From positions 902,268 to 934,267 of the forward strand of contig NZ_AP019736.1 in the NCBI RefSeq assembly GCF_006542685.1: a DNA stretch of 32,000 nt, in the 5' to 3' direction. How positions within the stretch are numbered: the first letter of the stretch is position 1; each line of letters begins with the position of its first letter. The translations under genes were made by a program, and so were the position numbers. Shown one piece after another: positions 22,086 through 27,932 of this stretch. This DNA is from Alistipes dispar (GTDB lineage: Bacteria > Bacteroidota > Bacteroidia > Bacteroidales > Rikenellaceae). Below the pieces are notes generated by a model. It was not told where the DNA came from and did no database searches. It worked only from the letters and a program-made list of their open reading frames with translations.

Positions 22086-23273
22086 TTACTTCAGAACCTT
22101 CAGGATCTGGCCGGCACCTACCGTACGGCCGCCCTCGCGGATCGCGAAACGCAGACCCTCGTTCAGGGCTACCGGGTAGATCAGCTTCACGGTGATCGTC
22201 ACGTGGTCGCCCGGCATCACCATATCCACGCCTGCGGGCAGGTGAACCTCACCCGTCACGTCCATCGTACGCAGATAGAACTGGGGACGGTAGTTGTTGT
22301 GGAACGGCGTGTGACGGCCGCCCTCCTCCTTCTTCAGGATATAGACCTCGGCCTCGAACTCGGTGTGCGGGGTGATCGAACCCGGCTTGGCGACTACCAT
22401 ACCGCGCTTAACCTCCTTCTTGTCGATACCGCGGAGCAGCAGACCCACGTTGTCGCCGGCCTCGCCCTCGTCGAGCAGCTTGCGGAACATCTCGACGCCC
22501 GTGCAGGTCGAAGTCAGCGTCTTCTCCTCCAGACCGATGATCTCGACGGGATCGCCGACATGGATGATACCGGTCTCGATACGGCCCGTTACGACGGTAC
22601 CGCGGCCGGTGATCGAGAACACGTCCTCGATAGGCATCAGGAACGGCTTCTCGTTGTCGCGCTGGGGCAGCGGAATGTAGCTATCTACGGCATCCATCAG
22701 CTCCATCACCTTCTCTTCCCATTTAGCCTCGCCGTTCAGGGCGCCCAGAGCGGAACCGCGGATGATGGGGGCGTTGTCGCCGTCATAGTCGTATTTCGAA
22801 AGCAGGTCGCGAACCTCCATCTCGACCAGGTCGAGCATCTCGGGATCGTCCACCATGTCGCACTTGTTCAGGAAAACGACGATCTTCGGCACGTTCACCT
22901 GACGGGCGAGCAGCACGTGCTCGTTGGTCTGGGGCATCGGACCGTCCGTTGCGGCAACCACCAGAATCGCACCGTCCATCTGAGCGGCACCCGTTACCAT
23001 GTTCTTCACATAGTCGGCGTGTCCCGGGCAGTCTACGTGCGCATAGTGGCGGTTGGCGGTCTGGTACTCCACGTGCGAGGTGTTGATCGTGATACCGCGC
23101 TCCTTCTCCTCGGGAGCGTTGTCGATCGAGTCGAACGAACGGAGTTCCGACAGACCCTTCTTGGCCAGAACGGTCGTGATAGCTGCGGTAAGGGTGGTCT
23201 TACCGTGGTCAACGTGACCGATGGTACCGATGTTCACATGCGGTTTGGAACGGTCGAATTTTTCTTTTGCCAT
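22086..23273 (-). CDS. tuf: Elongation factor Tu
   Basis: 395 aa: [33 protein letters not shown]..., with DCPGHADY and NKCD G-motifs. Confidence 0.99.
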   Translation of the reverse strand: MAKEKFDRSKPHVNIGTIGHVDHGKTTLTAAITTVLAKKGLSELRSFDSIDNAPEEKERGITINTSHVEYQTANRHYAHVDCPGHADYVKNMVTGAAQMDGAILVVAATDGPMPQTNEHVLLARQVNVPKIVVFLNKCDMVDDPEMLDLVEMEVRDLLSKYDYDGDNAPIIRGSALGALNGEAKWEEKVMELMDAVDSYIPLPQRDNEKPFLMPIEDVFSITGRGTVVTGRIETGIIHVGDPVEIIGLEEKTLTSTCTGVEMFRKLLDEGEAGDNVGLLLRGIDKKEVKRGMVVAKPGSITPHTEFEAEVYILKKEEGGRHTPFHNNYRPQFYLRTMDVTGEVHLPAGVDMVMPGDHVTITVKLIYPVALNEGLRFAIREGGRTVGAGQILKVLK

Positions 23274-23416
23274 AGTATTAAGTATTTAAAGTATTGTTAA
23301 AAATTGCCCTAAAGTTTTAAAATTCATTTCATTTTCATTCCGCAGAACGAGCGGGCGACACAAACGCTTCCTCCCCGGAGGGACGGAATGCATTCGCATC
23401 ACACGCTGCTGCGTTC

Positions 23417-23492
23417 TGGAGCGGAAGACGAGGCTCAAACTCGCGACCCTCAGCTTGGAAGGCTGATGCTCTATCAACTGAGCTACTTCCGC
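23417..23492 (-). tRNA. tRNA-Gly (anticodon TCC), 3' CCA encoded; non-canonical A19 and U56
   Basis: Minus strand: GCGGAAG TA GCTC AGTTGATA GAGC A TCAGC CTTCCAA GCTGA GGGTC GCGAG TTTGAGC CTCGT CTTCCGC T CCA. Confidence 0.88.
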
Positions 23493-23587
23493 AAAAACAT
23501 ACCGTATCAGAGTCAGCCTCCCCCGCTCCGATGCCCGACTGCCGCGCATCGTCCGGATCTTGCAACTCCGACCGGCTCTTTTTCTCG

Positions 23588-23670
23588 TGGGAAGTGATGG
23601 ATTCGAACCACCGAAGGCGTACGCCAGCAGATTTACAGTCTGCCCCATTTGGCCACTCTGGTAACTTCCC
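23588..23670 (-). tRNA. tRNA-Tyr (anticodon GTA)
   Basis: Minus strand: GGGAAGT TA CCAGAGTGGCCAAATGGG G GCAGA CTGTAAA TCTGC TGGCGTACGCCTTC GGTGG TTCGAAT CCATC ACTTCCC A. The long variable arm is as in bacterial tRNA-Tyr. Confidence 0.92.
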
Positions 23671-23747
23671 TTATCTCTTTTTCCTCTGCCGCTGCCGAAA
23701 ACCCGTCTCCGGCGTTCCCCGCTCCTTTCCGCATCATCGGCTTCGCG

Positions 23748-23821
23748 AGCCGATGGAGGGATTCGAACCCACGACCAGCTGATTACAAATCAGCTGCTCT
23801 GGCCAACTGAGCTACATCGGC
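23748..23821 (-). tRNA. tRNA-Thr (anticodon TGT)
   Basis: Minus strand: GCCGATG TA GCTC AGTTGGCCA GAGC A GCTGA TTTGTAA TCAGC TGGTC GTGGG TTCGAAT CCCTC CATCGGC T. Confidence 0.92.
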
Positions 23822-23842
23822 AAATTCCTCCGTTTTGGATTG

Positions 23843-23850
23843 CAAAAGTA
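23843..23850 (-). promoter_or_regulatory. -7 box TACTTTTG for the tRNA-Thr/Tyr/Gly-tuf unit
   Basis: Plus strand caaaagta is TACTTTTG on the minus strand, 21 nt upstream of tRNA-Thr position 1. A second box, TATCTTTG (plus caaagata, 23957-23964), lies about 110 nt further upstream, so tandem promoters are possible. Confidence 0.5.
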
Positions 23851-24127
23851 GGCATAAAAAATTTATCGGCCAAATAAATCGGGATAAATTTTTCACTTTT
23901 TCACTCTTCTCAAAGAACCCCGTCCGACTGTCCGGGAACACGGACGAAATCGGGTGCAAAGATAGGAAAAGTTTTGAATAACACAACAGTTTGCGCGAAA
24001 AATATCATCTCCGGCATCCGGGAACGCCATCCGGCAGGCGGATCGCACCCCGGGCGACCGCCCCCGGAAACCGACACCTTATAATATAGGCAGCCTCCGT
24101 CCGACGGAAAACCCTGTCCGCTCCCCG

Positions 24128-25066
24128 TCACAGCTCCCCGGCGGTCCCGCCCTGCCGCTCCCGGACCCGGGCGATCAGTTGCGCGGGCGTGGCCCGCAGG
24201 TAATTCTTGCAGAACCGGCTGAACTGCGTGTAATAGCGGAATCCGTATTTCTGCATCAGCGCCTTCGTGCTGCCCTCCCCGTCGCGGATATCCGCCAGAA
24301 TCCGGTGCGCCTTCTGCTCCATCATCCAATGGTAAACGCTGTCATTGAAGCAGGCGGCGAACCGGCGCTTGAAGGCCGAAAGGCTCATTCCCGCCATCGC
24401 GGCCAGCTCGGCGACGCTCCGCGCCCGTTCGTGATTGTTGCTGACGAAGACGCGGAAGTTGTCCTGCGGCAGAATCATCGACTGAAAGAAACAGGCCTGC
24501 TCGGTAGGCGTGTAAAGCACCTTGATGAGCATGAACAGCTCGGCGGTCTTCATTTTGTGGTATCGCTCGCAATCGGCCATCCCGTGCACCAGGAAGAACG
24601 AGGAGAGCAACTGTTCGACCACCGGATGCAACGTGAGCACCGGCATCTGCACCGCGGGGATCGCCGTCCCGGGAAGAGGTCCTTCCCCGAAAATATCCTG
24701 CTCGCAGAACTCCATGTGGTGCAGCAACGACAGCACGACGACGCACGTTCCGCCGTCCTGCGCCGTCACCTGACAGACCGCATCGCGCTCCAGGCAGACA
24801 CACTGCTTCGAGGTCACGAGGCGCGCCGGCTGTTCCGGCTGTTCCAGCATCAGCGATCCCGACAGGACGAACAGCACGTACACCTTGCCGTCGGACGGAA
24901 AACGGACGCCCTCTCCGGCATCGAACTCGATGCGGGTAAAGCGGCAATAGGAGGCGTCGCCGATGCGACGGAACGGAGCGGGAAAGGTAGGACACCTACT
25001 ACAATCCGCAGTGCAACGCTCTCTCAATGCCGACTCCTCAAACTGCGGTTTGGGTTGATAATCCAT
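24128..25066 (-). CDS. AraC-family transcriptional regulator with Cys-rich N-terminus
   Basis: C-terminal AraC HTH: RARSVAELAAMAGMSLSAFKRRFAACFNDSVYHWMMEQKAHRILADI...YGFRYYTQFSRFCKNYLRATPAQL. I trimmed the track ORF (to 25228) to the ATG at 25066 (MDYQPKPQFEES...). The longer form would overlap a tRNA, its terminator and a TATTTTTG box at 25089-25096. Confidence 0.85.
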   Translation of the reverse strand: MDYQPKPQFEESALRERCTADCSRCPTFPAPFRRIGDASYCRFTRIEFDAGEGVRFPSDGKVYVLFVLSGSLMLEQPEQPARLVTSKQCVCLERDAVCQVTAQDGGTCVVVLSLLHHMEFCEQDIFGEGPLPGTAIPAVQMPVLTLHPVVEQLLSSFFLVHGMADCERYHKMKTAELFMLIKVLYTPTEQACFFQSMILPQDNFRVFVSNNHERARSVAELAAMAGMSLSAFKRRFAACFNDSVYHWMMEQKAHRILADIRDGEGSTKALMQKYGFRYYTQFSRFCKNYLRATPAQLIARVRERQGGTAGEL

Positions 25067-25088
25067 AAATAAGACCGTATTGGAGATA

Positions 25089-25096
25089 CAAAAATA
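25089..25096 (-). promoter_or_regulatory. -7 box TATTTTTG for the second AraC-family gene
   Basis: Plus strand caaaaata is TATTTTTG on the minus strand, 22 nt upstream of the ATG at 25066. It is part of a 24-nt module repeated exactly at 27036-27059. Confidence 0.5.
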
Positions 25097-25166
25097 CAAA
25101 AAAAATCGGAACCGCCAACCCAGGCACATCCGAAAAACGCCCCGGCGACGGACGGCCCGGACAAAC

Positions 25167-25195
25167 GAAAAACGGCCGCGGGAGTTCGCGACCGT
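25167..25195 (-). terminator. Intrinsic terminator after tRNA(CAT)
   Basis: Minus-strand RNA: ACGGUCGCG AACUCC CGCGGCCGU UUUUCGUUUGU. The stem is 9 bp with one G-U pair. It starts 9 nt after the tRNA 3' end. Confidence 0.6.
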
Positions 25196-25203
25196 TCGAC
25201 GGG

Positions 25204-25277
25204 TGGACCCAGAGGGGCATGATCCCACGACCTTCGGATTATGAGTCCGCTGCTCTGACCAACTGAGCTATGGGTCC
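25204..25277 (-). tRNA. tRNA with CAT anticodon (Met or lysidine-modified Ile2), atypical T-loop
   Basis: Minus strand: GGACCCA TA GCTC AGTTGGTCA GAGC A GCGGA CTCATAA TCCGA AGGTC GTGGG ATCATGC CCCTC TGGGTCC A. Its acceptor and D arms resemble the bacterial tRNA-Ile(CAU) sequences I remember. It has its own TATCTTTG box and its own terminator. Confidence 0.7.
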
Positions 25278-25312
25278 TCGGACGGGCCGGCGCACGGCCC
25301 GTTTCCGGGGGA

Positions 25313-25320
25313 CAAAGATA
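25313..25320 (-). promoter_or_regulatory. -7 box TATCTTTG for tRNA(CAT)
   Basis: Plus strand caaagata is TATCTTTG on the minus strand, 35 nt upstream of tRNA position 1. Confidence 0.45.
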
Positions 25321-25447
25321 CGAAAACAATTCAGATTGCGCAACCGTTCCGGCCGCCGGACGGGGAAAAAGTGCGATAAAATGCCGGAAGCACTCTTCCG
25401 GAAGCGGAAAAAACGGCCGCCGGGCTTGTTTGTTGAAAATAAATTCG

Positions 25448-25455
25448 TACCTTTG
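25448..25455 (+). promoter_or_regulatory. -7 box TACCTTTG for the L31 gene
   Basis: Exact TAnnTTTG match 36 nt upstream of the ATG at 25492. Confidence 0.45.
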
Positions 25456-25491
25456 TCCCGCTTAAGCACTAATTAAAACAAAAACAACGAA

Positions 25492-25761
25492 ATGAAAAAG
25501 GGTATCCATCCGGAAAATTATCGTTTGGTGGCGTTCAAGGACATGTCCAACGACCACGTGTTTTTGTGTCGGTCCGCCGTTTCGACAAAAGAGACCATCG
25601 AAGTGAACGGCGAAACCTATCCCGTGTATAAGATGGAAATTTCCAACACGTCGCACCCGTTCTACACGGGCAAGATGAAGTTGGTGGACACCGCCGGTCG
25701 CGTCGATAAGTTTATGAGCCGCTACGCAAAACGCTACGATAAGAAAAACGCTGCGAAGTAA
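25492..25761 (+). CDS. rpmE2: 50S ribosomal protein L31, type B (no zinc-ribbon CxxC pairs)
   Basis: 89 aa: MKKGIHPENYRLVAFKDMSNDHVFLCRSAVS...HPFYTGKMKLVDTAGRVDKFMSRY. It has only one Cys, which is the type-B pattern. Confidence 0.93.
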   Translation: MKKGIHPENYRLVAFKDMSNDHVFLCRSAVSTKETIEVNGETYPVYKMEISNTSHPFYTGKMKLVDTAGRVDKFMSRYAKRYDKKNAAK

Positions 25762-25784
25762 GACCTGCTCCGCAAAGCGAGGAA

Positions 25785-25818
25785 AACGGACTGCAAAGAA
25801 TTGCGGTCCGTTTTTTTT
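25785..25818 (+). terminator. Intrinsic terminator after the L31 gene
   Basis: aacggactgcaa agaa ttgcggtccgtt, with the T8 run covering 25811-25818. The stem is 12 bp with one G-U pair and a 4-nt loop. Confidence 0.8.
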
Positions 25819-25883
25819 CGTCCTTTTCGTCCGGAATCCGCTCACCGGAGAAAATTTTCCGTACACGGTATCTTTTTTATCCA

Positions 25884-25891
25884 TATATTTG
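25884..25891 (+). promoter_or_regulatory. -7 box TATATTTG for the coiled-coil lipoprotein gene
   Basis: Exact TAnnTTTG match 40 nt upstream of the ATG at 25932. Confidence 0.45.
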
Positions 25892-25931
25892 CGCCACGGG
25901 ACAACCCGATCGGAATCAAACGGAAAGAGAC

Positions 25932-26810
25932 ATGAAAAAGACATTCGCAGTCCGTACGGCGACGGTTCTCGCCGCAGCGGTCCTCGCGGTCTCCTGCGGC
26001 AACGCGCAGCGGCAGCAGGTCGTCGCGGAATCCCGGCGGCAGCGCGATTCGCTGACGACGGTCATCGGCGCCAAGGATTCGCTCATCAACGCCGTCTTCG
26101 CGGACATCAACGCCATCTCGGAGAACCTCGCGCTCATCAAATCGCGCGAGAACCTGATCACCGTGGCCAGCGGAGCCGAAAACGGCCGCCGCCCCGTCGA
26201 GGAGATCAACAACGACATCGCGGCCATCGACCGCCTGCTGCGGGAGAACCGCGAAAAGATCGCCTCGCTGCAACGCTCGGCGGCGCTGCTGCGCAAGGCC
26301 GACCTGCGCATCGAAGGACTGGAGAAGATGATCGCGGAGCTGAACCGCCAGCTCGCGGAGAAGAAGACGGAGGTGGAGCAGTTGCGGGACGAACTGACCC
26401 GGATGGGCTCCGAAGTGGAGACCCTGGCGGAGACGGTCGCCGAGCGGACCGCCGAGGTGGAGGACCTGAGCGGCGAGAAGTTGGAACTGGAGAACCGCCT
26501 GCACACGGTTTACTACATCGTCGGGGCCGAAAAGGAGCTGCGCGACGCACAGATCGTCAATAAACAGGGATTCATCGGCCGGACACTCACCGTGGGCCAG
26601 CACGGCAGCATGGAGAGCTTCACGCAGGCCGATTCGCGGCTGCTGTCGGAAATTCCCGTCGGACACCGGAAGGTGACCGTCGTCTCGACCCATCCGGAAG
26701 GCTCCTACGAACTGGTGACCGACGGCAGCAAGTCGGTCGAAAAGCTCCTCATCACCGATCCGGTCCGGTTCTGGGAATCCTCGAAGGTGCTGGTCGTAAG
26801 CTACAAATAG
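25932..26810 (+). CDS. Coiled-coil lipoprotein with C-terminal beta domain (hypothetical)
   Basis: 292 aa with signal peptide and lipobox (LAAAVLAVSCGN). Residues about 40-195 are heptad-like and E/R/L-rich (LRIEGLEKMIAELNRQLAEKKTEVEQLRDELTRMGSEVETLAETV). The compact C-terminal domain ends VLVVSYK. The protein-like composition contrasts with the Arg/Pro-rich antisense ORFs. Confidence 0.8.
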   Translation: MKKTFAVRTATVLAAAVLAVSCGNAQRQQVVAESRRQRDSLTTVIGAKDSLINAVFADINAISENLALIKSRENLITVASGAENGRRPVEEINNDIAAIDRLLRENREKIASLQRSAALLRKADLRIEGLEKMIAELNRQLAEKKTEVEQLRDELTRMGSEVETLAETVAERTAEVEDLSGEKLELENRLHTVYYIVGAEKELRDAQIVNKQGFIGRTLTVGQHGSMESFTQADSRLLSEIPVGHRKVTVVSTHPEGSYELVTDGSKSVEKLLITDPVRFWESSKVLVVSYK

Positions 26811-26859
26811 TCCGCTGCCGTCCCGGTATTCGTCCTGCGGGGCATGCACGTCCCGCCTT

Positions 26860-26910
26860 CGTCTCCGCTCCTGCCGCGGCATGCCGTGACGGGGGCGGAG
26901 ACGCCGTTTT
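26860..26910 (+). terminator. Hairpin plus T4 after the coiled-coil lipoprotein gene
   Basis: cgtctccgc (26860-26868) pairs with gcggagacg (26895-26903) around a 26-nt loop that contains the palindrome cggcatgccg. It is followed by ccgtttt. Confidence 0.5.
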
Positions 26911-27051
26911 CCGGAACGCATCGTCGGAACGCGTCCGGATCGCCGTCCGGATCATCGCCGGAGCCGCACTACCACCGAAGTTCCAGGACGGAACCGGCAC
27001 ACGGCGGGGCGCATTGCCGGAATCCGGCGTTGTCCGTTCCGATTTTTTTTG

Positions 27052-27059
27052 TATTTTTG
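27052..27059 (+). promoter_or_regulatory. -7 box TATTTTTG for the DUF3127 gene
   Basis: Exact TAnnTTTG match 25 nt upstream of the ATG at 27085, preceded by a T8 run. It is part of the 24-nt module also found at 25089-25112 on the minus strand. Confidence 0.5.
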
Positions 27060-27084
27060 CAGAAACAAAACAAAAAGCCGAAAT

Positions 27085-27450
27085 ATGGAATTCGAAGGAA
27101 CCGTCTACAAAATAATGCCCGTGACGAAGGGAACCTCGGCACGCGGCGAATGGCAGCGTCAGGACGTGGTTTTCGAGATGAACGAAGGTTCGTTCACCCG
27201 CAAGATCTGCGTGACGTTCTTCAACAAGCCCGACGACGTGGCCCGGCTGCGGGAGGGCGCGGCCTACACCGTCTCCGTGAACATCGAGTCGCGCGAGTAC
27301 AACGGCCGCTGGTACACCGACATCCGCGCATGGCGCATCCAGCCCAAACAGGAGACGCCCGCCGGGGCTCCGATGCCCGACATGCCGCCCATCGCCGAAG
27401 AGCCCGCCTACGCCTCCGCTCCGGCCGAGGCCGACGACCTGCCGTTCTGA
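27085..27450 (+). CDS. DUF3127-family OB-fold protein with SSB-like acidic C-terminal tip
   Basis: 121 aa from the ATG at 27085 (MEFEGTVYKIMPVTKGTSARGEWQRQDVVFEM...VSVNIESREYNGRWYTDIRAWRI), matching the DUF3127 pattern as I remember it. A Pro/Ala-rich tail then ends in EADDLPF. The track ORF start at 27049 lies on the promoter box, so I trimmed it. Confidence 0.85.
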   Translation: MEFEGTVYKIMPVTKGTSARGEWQRQDVVFEMNEGSFTRKICVTFFNKPDDVARLREGAAYTVSVNIESREYNGRWYTDIRAWRIQPKQETPAGAPMPDMPPIAEEPAYASAPAEADDLPF

Positions 27451-27527
27451 CGCACCGAAAAATACCGGGTCCGGTTCCCTCCCGTCCGGGAGAGGATCGG
27501 GCGGCCCGGGAAAAGCAGATGCCGCCG

Positions 27528-27571
27528 ACGACCTGCGCCGTATTCCGTCGAGAATACCCGGCGCAGGTCGT
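27528..27571. other. Long GC-rich hairpin (13 bp plus 5 bp with a 2-nt bulge) in the convergent intergenic region
   Basis: acgacctgcgccg tattc cgtcga gaata cc cggcgcaggtcgt. Neither strand has a U-tract. It could be a 3' UTR stabiliser or a Rho-dependent or atypical terminator for the DUF3127 gene. Confidence 0.4.
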
Positions 27572-27814
27572 TGCGTACCGGGAGCCGCCGTCCGAACGGC
27601 CCCGAACCGCCTCCGGTCATCCGCCAACGCTCCGGGACCGGAAAATCCTGCTTCCTGAATCCGGCCGCCCTGAACCCGGCCGCCCGTTCACGTATTCCCG
27701 ACAAGCCCGGGCGACACGCACCCTCCACGGTCGCCTGCCGTCCCCCGGACACATCCCTGCTCCGCCGACCGGACTGCCGCACAGCTACCGCCCCCGGGCA
27801 CAACGCTGCCGCCG

Positions 27815-27857
27815 AAAAACGATTCGTCCCTGCCGCACGAATGCGGCAGGGACGAAT
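27815..27857 (-). terminator. Intrinsic terminator after the 369-aa FKBP gene
   Basis: Minus-strand RNA: AUUCGUCCCUGCCGCA UUCG UGCGGCAGGGACGAAU CG UUUUU. The stem is a perfect 16 bp with a 4-nt loop and a U5 run, 75 nt after the stop at 27933. Confidence 0.78.
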
Positions 27858-27932
27858 TCCTGATCTCCGGAAGATCCCGGCGCCCGGGACGTTCCGTCCG
27901 GTCCGGCATTCCGGACCCGGATCCCGGAGAAC

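Noticed and set aside
23783-23986. 67-aa ORF upstream of and overlapping tRNA-Thr. Also 23286-23648 and 23335-23565 across the tRNA cluster.
   Set aside because: They overlap tRNA genes and promoter boxes, and their translations have no protein-like features.
27451-27932. Possibility that the 480-nt spacer encodes a known structured RNA such as RNase P, tmRNA, SRP or 6S RNA.
   Set aside because: I could not find the hallmark strings: no GAGGAAAGTCC-type P4 segment, no tRNA-like GGTTCGAATCC...CCA end, and no SRP domain-IV motif. A 6S-like RNA cannot be excluded by eye, and only a covariance-model scan would settle it.
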